Assembly (NCBI GenBank): GCA_010356995.1 | Contig: ML996688.1 | Location: 620,001 to 684,000, forward strand | From: Trichodelitschia bisporula | Taxonomy: Eukaryota | Direction of reading: 5' to 3' | Length of the DNA stretch: 64,000 nt | In this document: piece by piece, positions 23,052 to 36,362 of the stretch | Numbering within the stretch: position 1 is the first letter of the stretch | Layout: each line of letters opens with the position of its first letter | Notes under the pieces: model-generated | What the model was told of the DNA's origin: nothing | Database searches by the model: none | Seen by the model: only the letters and a program-made list of their open reading frames with translations | Made by a program: the position numbers and the translations under genes

Positions 23052-24907
23052 GGTGATTGAAGAGTTGAATGAGCGGGAAGCTGGAAAAGGCTGAGTGAAG
23101 GTTGCGCGAGGCTGAAGAACTTTTGATAGAGGCCGAAGGACAGTCGGTAGGATCTGGCCGGCAGATAAAATTCAGATGACAGTGAAAGACGGTGCAATTT
23201 TGTCAAGGAAATGAAACCCAAAGGAAAAGACTCAAGGAAAAAGACTCAAGGAAACTCGTAAAGGAATTGGTTGTGAGGATGTTGTAGCACTTGATGCCAT
23301 GTCAACAGACGGCCGTCCCCTCCAGTTTAAGTATCTCTCGCCCTTCGCTGTGCGCCAGGTACATGGGTACTTTTTTTCCTCTCATTGCTAAAAATTGCCC
23401 TTTCTCTCTCTTTCTCTCTCTCCTCCATCCTAATGCACCAGACTTGACGCTCCATCTCCCAATGAGCATGCAAACCATCACCAGCGGAGCTTCCCGCGGC
23501 GCGGCGAAGTGGAGACGTTCCTCTAGGCCAGCGGCTACAGAGATTCGTCCTAACAAAGCATCCAACCCCGGCCTTGCCAGGGCCTGGCTGAAACGACCAC
23601 TCAGCATGCAGAACGACACACCAGCGCGCTCCCCCAAACATGAGGCTCAACCGCGTCGACAACCGCCAGCCAGCCGTTGCTCTCTCATCGACTTCGAGAG
23701 GCATGAAGGCGGATGTTTCAGCGCGGTCCGCTGCCGCTGGCGTCATGGCGACCCGGCGCCGCGGCGGGAGCTATGTCGCTGCTGTTGGAGGATGCGAATA
23801 GCAGCGTGGAGCCGTCCATCGCAAACCTTCCCTGAAAACTTCTTCTTGCCAAACTGCATTGAGATTGGGCGAGGTGGCTGTGCTGTTTGAGGTAAGTCGT
23901 TGAAAAAAGTTTGACGTGCATCGTTCAGGATGCAGCGCCTGCTGAACTGCGAATAATAGCCATTGTGGTAAAGTCGTTCGGGGGGCGTGCGCATTGTTAC
24001 CAATGGCGCCTTTTGCCATGCATTGATTCTGTCTGGATCCTCTGTCTGGGATGGTTCATCGTCCTATGCTATGTCTGAATGGCTTTGTCTGCTTTCAATC
24101 TCGACGGTGAGTTGGGGAACTCGAGCCGCGTTGGGAACTGCCCAGAAAACGGAGGGGCAGATTGAAGCGAAAGATGCTCCTTCCGCTCAATGAAGCTTTG
24201 TTCGCCTTGATATGCTCACAGCTGACGTGAAAACGCCATGGAGACTGCACTGCATCCGTAAACAATACAGATATACGACAAGCTCCATGTCATAGCAAAA
24301 GAGACAATTGTGAGCAATCCTCAGTCCTCAATCCTCAGTCCTCAATCCCTCACGAAGGTAAACTGCACCACCGTCTGTTCTCTGACGAAAAACCTCACCA
24401 CACCCACCCAACACTAGTTCTATCAACAGTTGGCGTCAGCTGTCGCCGGTGCGGAGCGGGATGGGTGTAACCGTCGTACATGGCCAGCGGAGATAGCAAC
24501 GGCAGACGGGTTAACGGTTATGCTGTCCCCTCCGTCCAAAAACCTACGCGAGGTCGCTGCTAACCAACAATACCTCAACTACCGCGTCATCACCTTACTG
24601 GGACGTGCGAATTGAATAGCCCAACCGCAACCCCTACAGCATCCTGTATATTCACCATCTTTTGAACATGCTGACACAAGATTCATCACTGGCACTGACA
24701 GCTCCCGTAGTACAACCCACCCCGGAACTATGGCCCCTTACATACTGACCTACAGCCCGCTTCCCGAGAAATTGCCTCACAGATGCTCCCACACCTTGAA
24801 GTCAACATTAGAGAGATCACTGCTTTCATTGCCTACACATCTAGATCTACATGCTAGAGATGCCTCACAAGCTCATCTGTTCGATACCAACCCCATAATG
24901 ACAGCAC

Positions 24908-26892
24908 CTAAGCCATCCTGCCATCCACACCGGTGATCCCCTGCGGCGGAACACTCTCGTAGCCCCAACCACCTTCCGGCGTCCTGGCCACCCCGACTTT
25001 CTCTCCTGTCGGAAGCAAGTCCTCTACTCTGGCAACGGGCATCCCAAGGTTTCCCCCGAAACCCCTCGCCAAAGCCCCTGTCGTCCCCATCCTAGCCTGC
25101 ACGTCTCTCGTCCCAGCATTTGAAAGACAGTTCCGCGCCGCCGCAAACCCGAGTGCCAAAGATATAAGCACGTACAAAAAGTCCAATGCCCAGAGGAGTA
25201 ACAGCGCTGCCTTGGGGATTGCGGACACGATGTGTAATGGCTTGGGGCCTGTGTCCGTGGGTGCTTCCTTGACGATACCCACTGCACTGCTGAGTGCGAC
25301 CTTACTGAAGAGTGGAGCCCATGTGTCCGCCAGTCCATCCACTGACAACACGGCACCTCCTTTGGCAGACTCGTCGTGGATCATATTGGCGAGAATATCG
25401 CGACCGAAGCCAGGATAGTTGGGCACCATGCCTGAGGACATTAGTACAGCATGCTAGCGGCCGGAGGACTACCAACCAGGAAATGCAGGCCCGATTATCA
25501 ACCGCGTGGTTGCCTCATCAGCGGGTGTAGCGCGGAGCACGGTGTACCTTCCGCCTTCGTACAGATAGGTTACGCGGTAGACAGCGGTCTCGCAGTGATC
25601 GACGGTGAACACGGTCCCGCCGTCGGGAGTAACGCGGACCGTTGTGTTGGGGGCCAAGGCACTGAAGGTGCCGTTGCGCTCGACGGCTTTGGCGGCAATG
25701 ACCCACTTAACTTCGTTGTCCTTGAGCAGAATATTGGCCGTTTCGGGGATCTCCACTGCCTTATCGGCCAGAGACCCACTGAAGTGGTGATCCTCGCAGT
25801 TCCACGAGAACACCGAACTGTTGAGATCGCACCGTTCGCCAATATTTTCAAAATAAGAGGCAACACCGAATGTCGTCGCTACGAAGATATTGTTAGAGGA
25901 GTGGGCACGTGCGTCAACCAAGAGCGAAAGGGGGACATTGTGGAAGCCTTGCAGCGGATCGTGCGGCGCGACATTAACAATCTTATTCAAAGCTGATTTG
26001 TCTGTGGCTGTCGCCTTCGCTTCTTCGTCGTAATCCAGATCTCTACGACCCTGGCACCCATCGTAGTCCAAGGTTAGGTTTGAGTCGCCGTAACAGTCGG
26101 AGGACAAGACCCGGCCATAGAGGTCTGTTGCGTTTCCGCCGGTGCCTGGGACAGGGATGTCAACTGCACGGGAGCCGGCATGCAGGCACAGGTCACAGGC
26201 GACAACCAACAGGCTGCGGGGGGTTGTCAGAACTCCCCGGAAGAGCAAACGGATGGAAGAACAAACCTCAAAAGGAACAGAAGGGTGGAAAAGAACACGG
26301 CGCGTCGGAGCATGCGTGGGGCCCGGTTGCGCTTGATGAAGCAGTGCTTGATGGTTTGGACATACGCCGACAGACTCCCATTGACGAGACGAATCAACAA
26401 GGCAAGCTCGAGCGGCGTTGGCAGATCGGCGATATCCTTGTACTCAGATGAGCGGAGCCAGTCGTGAGCATGAAGGAAGCTCGTCAAGGTGAGAAGGCTG
26501 GGAATCAAGCAGATGCTGAGAAGGGCCGAGACGGTGGTAAGGGTTAATAAGACTGGAATTCCGACATTGCGAATTTGGAAGTAGCCCTTGGCGTCATCGT
26601 CATCCAAATGCGGGATACGGGTGTTGAAGGGGACCACCAAGACAAGGAAAAAGACAGACAGTGCGAGCATGGGGAGGACGCAGAGCAGTGTATGCAACAA
26701 AATGCGCCGGAGTTGGCCAGTGACACCCTTTGGGTGGTCTAGGCTGTTAGTCGTATCAGTAGCCGGCGTGGAAGCGTCCTGGATGGTGGTGCCCTTGGTG
26801 GTGTCGTCATCACGGGATAGGTCCAGCTTCCCACCAAGCGACATAACGCCAGGCGTATGGCCATGGGAGAGAAGAGCATTGTTCTCCACCAT
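24908..26892 (-). CDS. Hypothetical multi-pass membrane glycoprotein (3 exons)
   Basis: Three ORFs (26892-26227, 26248-25469, 25441-24908) join through GT-AG introns with branch points. Three N-terminal TM segments, 'LPTPLELALLI', a lumenal region with N-x-S/T sites, and a C-terminal TM. Confidence 0.8.
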
Positions 26893-28049
26893 GATGGGGA
26901 TGAAGCAGAAAGCTGAAAGACTTTAGAAACCAACAAGTGAGCAAAAGAGCAACTATGGACACCGAGATGTTGTGGTTGAAGTAAGGTCGTTAACTGACGC
27001 TGGAGATTGCGACGTTTGAACGCTGATGGTGAAGTTTGGTTGTGGGATTGAAGAGCGGGGGAAGAAGCAGGAAGCGTCCAGTACATATACTCCCCGCTGA
27101 CGTACCAAGACCCGATGAGGGTAAGAGCGAGGGAGGGAGAGGGAAGGTACGTTACGTACCGGTGGTTATGGCAGGAGCCTTGCGGAGTGAGCCGCCCTCA
27201 AAGGAGTGGTGACGATGGACAACCTTCCCGGCCGCACCGTCCTATTTTGTTATCTGTACCTGGAAGCAGCTGGAGATGTCCCATGCCCCATGCCCCATGC
27301 CCCATGTCCAATGTCCAGTTTCCCTGGCAAGCACCAGCTGCTGCAGATCAGCAAAAGAAGACGGTACTGTAGTATATCTGTAATCAGCCGAGCTGCTTTC
27401 TGTCTCGACCCGTCGACGGGGATTACTTTGAGCGGTGTATGGACATAAGCAAAATTGGCATCGCAAGATGCATGCTATCCCAACTTCCGTCATTCAGACA
27501 CCACAATACTCCCGGAAGCTCGCTGAAGTCGCACCCGCCTTCGAGGAATGCTCGCCAATTGGCCCAATTGCTTCGTTGTGGTCCATCTGCAAGGCTGATG
27601 TTGCCTTGTATCAGCCTGCAAGGAACACTCTTGACGGGCCTGGTGGTACAAGGTGGCTGCGGGGAGGCATGTCAACCAAACTTGTGCTCATCCGAGACGT
27701 GTACATCGTACAAAGGTCCACACGTCTTGTCATCCTTTTGTCGCAAAGGATCAGCTATATGCGGGGGCGGAAAGAGGAGGAGAAGGGAGGAGACGGAGGC
27801 TATACTAACTTCACATATCAGGCCAGGACACTTTCACTTTTGGCTGCTTCCGAGCTGCTGATGGTTAAAGGCAGGGGATGGACGGGTCTCCATAGGATGC
27901 CGTCACGTAATAAGATACTGCATCACGCAGATGGACGGGCCTGGCGTTTGCAAAACAGGGGACCCCAGCATGAGCCATTTGCTCCGACATTCAAACACAA
28001 GCCTGCACTATGTAAAAATATGGATTCGGATCGCACATACCCAAGGTCA

Positions 28050-30518
28050 CTACACCGCAGGTGCGGGCTTCGTCTCCAACATCTCAACCGCATCAATCAC
28101 CAACCCAGTGATGATGCCTCCCCATTTATACAGTCCCTTCAAACTGACCGCGTCAAGCGCCTCCACCAGGCCCGGGAATGTTGCTCCCGCATACCCGGTC
28201 CACAGTCCCGGTGCAAACACCACGTGCTTATACCATGACCGCCCATCCAGGCCCTTCTTGTAGATAAACTGCCGCTCCAGCGTCTTGTACTTGTTGTTCA
28301 CCTTCCTGACTGCCTGCGCAAGATCCGCATCCCACTGCCACCTTCCAGCGCTGGCGGCCACCTTCGCCGCGAGGACTTCAGCCTCGGCGTCCAGCGAGAT
28401 GGAGGCATTGAGTAGGCGGCCTAGGCTGATCTCGAGGCCCGTGAGGGCGAACTTGCCAGCGGGATTCTCCAGATCGTCCGCCCTTTCCTTGACGGGCTTG
28501 AGATAGCCCTGCAACGCAATTGCGTAATCAGTTGCGTTGAAGTCGATTACGGGCGTCTCTACGATACGTGCAGTAAGCAGGGCCCAGATGCGCGCGATAG
28601 TGGCGTGATAGTGGAAGCCGGGATCACCATACGTGTTCATCCAGTAGAAGCTGTCGTAATTGGAGTGATAGTGATACACCGGGCTGGTCCTGTCGCCGGC
28701 GAAGCCCATGTCCACTGATGGAATGCCGACGTAGTCTTGGAATGCGGTGAAGTCCGAGCCGGAACCCATCGTGGAGATGTGCTTGCTCCACGTGTCGTAC
28801 ACCGTCTGACCAGCGACAGTCTGGTTGGGTGAGAGAACGAGCTTGGTAGTCTCGATGAGCGCCTTGTTCAGGAGTGGGGCAGCCGATGCCTTGAAATTAG
28901 GGCCTACAGACCCAACGTCGACATTGAGGTACGCAACGGCAGTGGCGTTGAGCCATGGGACATACTCCTCAACCCATTCGGTTGATCCGAGCAAGCCGTA
29001 CTCCTCGCCGTCCCAGCTGGCAAGCACAATAGTGCGTAGTGGCCTCCATCCCTTCTTCAGAGCAATGCCCAGGCTGCGGACAACCTCGTTCATGGCCGCC
29101 GAGCCGCTATTGGGATCTCCCGCACCACCAGCAACCCATCTAATATTGTTAGTTAGCGACCGACAAGGAAACGTGATGACTTACGCATCCCGATGGTTCC
29201 CAAGTATCACAACTTCATCAGGGATAGTGCCGTTGATGACGCCAATTACGTTCCACATGGGCGTGATAACATAGTCCTGTTCATTGACGAGATTGAGCGC
29301 GAGCTCTGGCGGAGACGGGCCAATGTTGTACTTGACACCTTGCTTCCGAAGACCCCCCTTCATCCAGGACTCGCCTAGCGTCGCCGCTTCCGGTCCGTAG
29401 CCGTTGAGCGCCTTCAAGAGAGGCAGCGCATCGGTGTAGGAAATAGGAATCGAGGGAATTGAGGGTGTGCTGGCATTGGCAGGCGAGCGAACGACGCCAG
29501 GCTTCGACGGAACGCCAGGTGTCGTAGGATCACCAGGTGCAACGGAGAGGAACTGCACGCTACCACGCTGAACGCTCGAAGGCTGGCGCGCAGGGCCATC
29601 AGGATACGCCTCATCGCCTTCGTCTTCGGTGACGGAGCCGTCATCACCAGGGTCGGTGTAGATGACGGCACCAATCATCTTCAGCTCCTGCGCGCGCTTA
29701 ACTTTTAGGCCGCGGAAGATTCCGCCATATTTGATGAGCGCAATATTGCCCTCAAGGGTGACGTTTGCTGCTACCAGGTCTTCGAAGTCCTTGAGAGTTC
29801 CGTAGTTGCAGAACACATAGGAGGCTGTCACGTTGCCAGATGCACTGTATCCGTGGAAGGTTGGAATGCGATCTGCAAGTCCGCTGGTAGCGTCCTCTTC
29901 CAGAACGTCCTCCTTGAGACTTGCTTCGTATTTCACCTTCCATGCTTCGTTTTCGCTCTGCTCCAGCAGTGCAAGGCGCGAGCTGACAGGGTAGTTGACG
30001 TAGATCTCGTAAGTTACGATCTCCGATTGCGGGACGCCGAACTCGACCCATTTATCACGGGTCCACTCGGCCTGCGACAGATTCTTGCCCGCAAGATGTG
30101 GCCCGGAGGTGTAGTACTTGCTCCACTCCATCGCCTTCTCCTCATCGGGCGTCGAGGAGAGGATGGCGATAAGGTCATCGTAAGTGACGTCAGAGGTAGT
30201 TTCTGCAAATCCAAGAAATGGGTACAAAGCGAGGCCAAATGTACCGAAAGAAGTGCTGCCAAAGGGTCTCTTCGGAGTGCATGGCTTCTTGAAACTGCTT
30301 TTGTGTGAGCGGCACTCAGGAATGACGAAGACGAGGAGAATAGACACGGCAACTGTGGCGAGGAGTAGGATGGAGAGCACGCAAGAAAAACAGTAGCGTA
30401 CGCAGCTGCGACGTTTGCGCTGGTGTTCGTAAGGAGGATAGGTGTGAACTACTTTGATGAGCGGCGTGCGCTCACTGTCGGGGTGTTGTGCAATGACGTG
30501 GGGTCGAGGAGAGCTCAT
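28050..30518 (-). CDS. Glutamate carboxypeptidase II-like M28B peptidase (PA and TFR-dimerisation domains; Vps70/Tre-like), 2 exons
   Basis: Type II TM anchor; 'PHLAG', 'FRGLKV', 'SVQRGSV', Zn-ligand motifs 'GNHRDAW', 'DPNSG', 'WDGEEYGLLGSTEWVE', 'YLNVD', 'GSGSDF', 'YHYHSNYD'. Confidence 0.95.
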
Positions 30519-31142
30519 GATTGCAGCATTGAAGTCGATTGGAAAGGCGCGAGAACCGGAGCTTCGACAAAACGCCTTTTACAGACAACTGAGGATAAGA
30601 ATTTGAAAGTCATGTAAGCTCAAATCGCAGGCTAAGTGAGGATCATGGCCGTGAAGGTAAGCCGTGAAGACCCTTCCAAGTAAGTTGGGGACAACAGAGG
30701 GCGGGCAGGGCTGTCTGCCGCAATTCGGAGCAACCCCGCGTGCCCGCCACCCTCTCGAGGAACGCTAGCCTGAATAGGAAGCACCAAACCAGAGTACCCG
30801 TACATCGTACCGTATGGCTTTATTTACAGGGTCCAGCTTCCCTCTCCACCATTTTAGTGCGGGAGTCTGGGGCTTAAAGAATTTCGGAAGAGGGACCACG
30901 GGGACATCGCGAGGATTTGCAGCATGTACTCTCACATAGGGAGTACAAAAGCAGACATGCTAAACTAGTGATATTTTGCATTTCATCAGTGTCGTTCGCG
31001 ACTATCCGCAAGGCAGTCCAAAAAAAAACCCAACAAAAATATTGAAGGTAGGCGGCAACACGCTGACGTCAAAACACCCTCAACCTCCCGCACATCTTAT
31101 CTCGAGCCCCGCAAGGCGCTACGGGTAGCCTAGCTAGCGTTT

Positions 31143-31575
31143 TCACTGATCTCCATCTTCATCCTCGTTCCTGAAACCCCACTTTCCCGTCTGATCCAAA
31201 CCTAGTGGATTGTCGGCCGTTTGCTCCCTCTTCCCTAGACTGTCTTTGCCGTGGACATAGGAATCCTTGTTGTTTCCGCCGATGACCTCCATCTTTTCCT
31301 CTTTGTGGCCGGTAGCCGGCCCGATAACGGGCCTGGTAATGCCGCCGACGCCCTTCGCGATCGGCTTGGTGAGCACCCCGACGCCAGCCCCTACGGGGCT
31401 TAAGACAGTCTGGAGTCCTTTGCCGACAGGATCGAGGACGGTGCCAAGCGGTCCTAAGCGTTGTTAAGCGACTGCCTTCTAGTACTGGAGAAGACAACAT
31501 ACCTCGAGGGCCGTCATAGAGACCTGCCTCCTCTTCTTCCTCTGGCTGTGGGATGTGGTTTTGTTCGTCAGGCAT
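31143..31575 (-). CDS. Small hypothetical protein (2 exons, ~125 aa)
   Basis: A GTATGT...TTAG intron joins MPDEQ...DGPR to GPLGTVLDPVGKGLQTVLSPVGAGVG...QTADNPLGL; Gly-rich amphipathic repeats. Confidence 0.75.
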
Positions 31576-32095
31576 TTTGGATTCGAAGTACGTTGGATGG
31601 TATGGCTTGAAGGCTGAAGGAAAGGGAAGATCATAATGAGCAGCGCAAGGCAGGTTCTTAAGCCATCAGCCTTGAAGGGTCCTGGCCCTTGGTCCCTTGC
31701 CCACTCCATGACGTCAGGCGGAAGGGTCACGTGATGAGATCCCCTCTGTGCGGGTAATTTAGGTGGCTTGAATCAGTTGCACCGCCACCCGAATAGAACA
31801 ATCCGCGAAAACGCGCCTGCTGTGGCTGATTTCTTCCACCATCTCGTTGTCTTTGCGGGGAACAACTGTCTGTCCACTCCCTTTGAAGTTGCCTGCAGCC
31901 AGCAATGCAGAAACTGTCTGCATTCCGCTCTTTCAGTTTCTCCACTATATCACGCAGAGTTTGACCGGTGAGTGAAGCTACCGGCGCGATATCTTTTCCA
32001 CTAGTTCTAATATCCGCTTAGCATCATCACCCGGGGCGTTGCTGTACTTCACAACTCGTTAAACAGCGCGGCCGCTTTCCTACTACACCAGTAAC

Positions 32096-34054
32096 ATGTC
32101 GGAGCCAGGTCCGTGGGCGGAAGCCCTCGGGCGTGTCGCTTTCGAATTCGCCCAATTCCAGCCATTCCTACCGACCTTCATTCATACCATCGCTTCCGCA
32201 CTCTTCCCCATCGTCGCCGGCGCTCATGCTTCCCTCTCTTGTCCCTCGTCGGCGACCCGGAAGTCCAAGAAAGCCAACCCGCCGATCGACAACGATGTGG
32301 ATGATGAAGAACCAGAGGAGGTTCAGCCGTTGGAGAGCCTCGGCCTCATGGATGCCATCACCATCCCACTTGCTGCAGCTGCTTCGCTGGGCGGGCTCTA
32401 TTATCTGACACGCGTCCTGGAGGATTTCTCGCTCGTGAACAAGATTCTCAACTGGTACATGGCCATCTTTGCCGTCATTGGACTTTCTGGTCTCATCTCT
32501 GATGTTCTGATGCTTGGTCACTCGCTCGTCTTGCCGATGTGGTTTGCGTTCGACGGAGAATTTTGGCGCGTTGATGCCACCGCGAGGCAGGCGACAAACA
32601 TCACAGCTGCCGGCAAGGGTACTCGGGTCAGGCAGTCACCTCTGCCGGGCTTTCTTGGGGGCATTTGTCCTTCCTCCCTCAATCGCATCTTGTGGACCTG
32701 TCGCGATATGGGGTTGGCAAAGTGGACAGTCAAGTTCTACATTCGTGGGCTCTTTCGTACCCAGTTCCACTTTGGTCTCACGAACATCGTTGGGGCCATC
32801 CTGGGTCTTACAACCGTGTGGTTCTACAACTTCGTGTACAAGAACTGGGTGCTCACTAATCTCACGGCCTTCGCCTTCGCCTACAGCGCCATCCAGCTTG
32901 TGACGCCGACTGACTTTAAGATCGGATCGCTGATCCTCATGAGTCTTTTCGTCTATGACATAGTTATGGTTTTTTACACGTGAGTGTCTCCTCTGTTCTA
33001 TGCTTCGTACTCATTCGACACTAGGCCTATGATGATCACAGTCGCAAAGGCAGTGGAAGCTCCAATTATGCTCCAGATCCCCCGCCCTGCCCCAGAAGGA
33101 GCGCCCCCTGGTCGCCAGTACCATTCGATCCTTGGCCTCGGAGATGTCATTGTCCCTGGGCTTATGATGTCACTCGCCCTGCGCTTCGACCTCTACCTGC
33201 ATTATCTGCGCAAGCAGACCCCTGGTGAAAATGGCATGATCAAAGCGCAGTACGTCTCACCGTGCAAGAACTGGGCCAACTACTTTTGGACATCGACTTG
33301 GATCTTTCCGCGTGAGCTGCCTACGCCGCTGCGCACGGGCTCATTTTCTAAGACGTACTTCACTGCCTCGGTCGTTGGGTATGTTCTGGGTATGACGGTT
33401 ACCACGGCTGTCATGCATATCTACAAGCATGGTCAGCCGGCGCTGCTTTACCTGGTTCCAACCGTTCTCATTGCTATTTGGGGCACCGCTTTGGTGCGTG
33501 GCGAGATTGGCATCATCTGGAAGTTCACCGAGGAGTCGGTTCACCCAGAAGCTGCCGAGAAGGAGACGAAGGGCTCAAAGCGGAAGTTGGAGGAGGCATC
33601 GGACGAGAAGGAACTCACGTCGGACCAGAAGGAAGCCAAATCTGACCAAAAGGAAGCCACGTCAGACGAGAAGGAAGCCACGTCAGACGAGGACGAGAAG
33701 GAAGCCATGTCCGACGAGAAGGAGACCACATCCAAGGAAAAGGAAGCCACATCCGACGAGAAGGTGCCCACAAGCGGCGACTCCGGAACTTCTGAAGCGG
33801 AGCCCGACAAATCCAAAGCCAGCTCACCTCGTACCCCCACAAAGCAGGCTAGAGCAATGGAAGCCAAGATCAAGAAGCTGGAGCAGAAACTTCAAGCGCA
33901 TTCCGAGCCCTACATCCTGTTCTTCGCCATCGAGCGGCATGCCTCGCAGCGTCACTTGCGCGGCGACATAGGTCTCGTGCCTAAGTGGACGGTGCTGGAC
34001 AAGAAGCTCGAAAATTACAACCAAAGGTCAGGAAAGCGCCTGCGGACAAAGTAG
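32096..34054 (+). CDS. Signal peptide peptidase (aspartic intramembrane protease, family A22B), 2 exons
   Basis: Catalytic 'YD' (LFVYDIVMVF), 'LGLGD' and 'QPALLYLVP' motifs; multiple TM segments; intron ~32980-33024. Confidence 0.95.
33595..33775 (+). repeat. Coding 21-bp tandem repeat (KEATSDE) in the SPP C-terminal tail
   Basis: About 8 imperfect copies of AAGGAAGCCACGTCAGACGAG. Confidence 0.85.
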
Positions 34055-34148
34055 GCGTGATCTGGAGTTGGTACAACTAGGCGTTAGAGATGGGTGGGAA
34101 TAATATTACTGCGAAATGCTGCGTCGTTGACTGTTGAGGGTGAAGGTC

Positions 34149-34231
34149 AATGTTGATGTTGGAAGTGAATGCCAAATGTTGATGTTGGAAGTGAATGCCA
34201 AATGTTGATGTTAGAAGTGAGTGCCAAATGT
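34149..34231 (+). repeat. 26-bp tandem repeat x3 (AATGTTGATGTTGGAAGTGAATGCCA)
   Basis: Units start at 34149, 34175 and 34201; the third has 2 mismatches. No spacers between units. Confidence 0.9.
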
Positions 34232-34536
34232 AGTTCAACGTAACCGTTGACTGTCTCTTTAACCTCGGCGCTAGCCATGATCCTTGACCCTTTTTATGTA
34301 ACGGCCCGAATGGCGTACCGTCATAGGAAGGCCATCAAGGCACAACGTGGGCGGGGCATTGGCGGACGGAGTTACGTTATGAAAGACCCGACGACAGCTC
34401 CACCTCCCCCTCACCAACAACCCCAATCTACACCCTGCAGCATACTCCGCACGTCCTAATTCCGCACATTCAGAGACGCCCAAATAATGTGGATGCTTAC
34501 GTCCCATACAATCTATCTTTTCTCTCCGCCATCACG

Positions 34537-36128
34537 ATGCTAGCTCCCCGCACCGCTCTCGCCATCTCCGCCCTCGTCTCAACCTTTTTCTTTGGCACTC
34601 TCTTCTACGCCTACGGCAGCCCCTCCCTTCCATCACTACGCGCCTCAAAACCATACATTTCACCTGAGAAAGTCGCCTACGATTCCACATCCCCGTGGCC
34701 CTGGACCGCGCCATTCTCGTCTTGGTTCCATCCCCATGCGCACCTTCCCAAACCCCCGAAGTCCAAACCAGAGCAATGGAACCTCCTCTACCACCTCGGC
34801 GGCAACGGGCCTTGGGTGCCTCTCATACATCATGCCGTCCCTTATTCATCTCTCGCGCCGCCTGAGTCCTGCGAGGCGACTCAAGTGCACATGCTAGCGC
34901 GGCATCACGAGCGGTATCCCACCTTCTCGGCGGGAGGGAATATGGCTGGCGCGATGCAGCGCCTGGCTGCTGCGAATGCAACTTTCTCCGGCCCGCTGCG
35001 GTTCCTATCCAATTATACGTTCTTCGTGGATGATCCCGAGTCGCAATACGAACAACTTACGAGTACGGGGCCGTATGCTGGCACGTTGGGGGCGTTTACG
35101 GAGGGTGTGCGATTTCGAACGCGGTACCGGGGGCTGTTGGATGCTACGGAAGGGACGACGAAGATTTGGTCGAGCCAGAGTGACAGGGTCGAGGATACGG
35201 CGAAGTACTTCGCGACGGGGTTTTGGGGGTTGGGTTGGGAAAAGGACGAAGGGGGCGCAAAGCTGGTTATCATATCCGAGGGCGAGGAAAGAGGAGGGGA
35301 CACGCTGACACCCACAAATACGTGTGTGCGGTTCAATGAGGATGCCGAAGAAGGTCACGATCTGGGTGAACACAAGCAACTAGAGTTCGAAGCGACTTAC
35401 GATCCCAGCATCGCAGAGCGGCTTTCGAAGTTCGTTCATATTCCCAAGGGACAGAAGAAGTTCTCCTTCACTCCAGACGAGATCTTCTTCATGCAGGGTA
35501 TCTGCGGCTTCGAAACTACCGTCCGCGGGACCAGCCCCTTCTGTGCCCTCTTCTCACACTCCGAATGGCTGGATTTCGAGTATGGACGCGACGTCATGCA
35601 TTTCTACCGTTCGGGCCCGGGAAACAAGTACGGCAAGGCGATGGGCATGCTTTGGCTCAATGCAACAGCAGGGTTGTTGCAGGAGGGACCGCAGGCGGGA
35701 AGACTGTTCTTTAGCTTGTGAGCCCCTTCCATCCTGCCCAGAGTTGACTTGATGCTAACATCCGTAGCACGCACGACACCTCTCTCGCAGCACTCATCGC
35801 CGCACTCGGCGTCCTCGAAGACTCTGACCTTTCGACAAAGGCGCGCAACGACTCCCGCCATTGGCGCATGTCGCAAGCGCTCCCGATGGGCGGGCGCCTC
35901 ACGCTCGAGCGGCTTGAGTGCGGTACTGACGGCGACGCTTACGTGCGGCTCAATATTAACGACGGGATATTGGCACTGCCGGGATGTGACTCTGGTCCCG
36001 GGGCGAGTTGTCCGTTGGATGAGTTCATCGGATATGTTGCGCAGAAGCAAAATGTTGCAGGGGTGTTTGGGGAGGCTTGCGGCTTGTCTGATGATATGGC
36101 GAAGGGAATAGAGTTTCTGCATCAGTGA
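34537..36128 (+). CDS. Histidine acid phosphatase/phytase-like protein (2 exons)
   Basis: RHxxRxP motif 'ARHHERYPT'; HD motif 'FTHDT' created across the intron at ~35718-35767; N-terminal hydrophobic anchor. Confidence 0.93.
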
Positions 36129-36362
36129 TTATATGGGCTATGGTGCTGCGCTGCGCCTGGAGTTGGTGAAAAGTTGAATAGGACATGGTGAACATATTGG
36201 ATAGTTCAGGTACGTAATGCATTCACCTTCAACTCCACCGGTACACCCTCAATGTCATCACCTGACCGCCAGCTTCAGACCCCAGAGACAACATACACCG
36301 AAACCAAACAACCATCTGTCCATTCCTTATAATCCTACTCAAAAAGCCGCCCTACAAGCAAA

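Noticed and set aside
23291..23890. 199-aa ORF upstream of the MARVEL gene
   Set aside because: Arg/Ser/Pro-rich random-looking translation across CT-rich promoter DNA.
27435..28238. 267-aa plus-strand ORF
   Set aside because: Non-ATG start, no recognisable motifs, and it overlaps the 3' end of the carboxypeptidase antisense.
34149..34231. 26-bp direct repeats resembling a CRISPR array
   Set aside because: Head-to-tail units with no spacers, no cas genes, and a eukaryotic context.
9623..36128. Possible secondary-metabolite gene cluster (GT8, ACAD, peptidase, phosphatase)
   Set aside because: No PKS, NRPS, terpene or RiPP core gene; the enzymes are interspersed with unrelated housekeeping genes.
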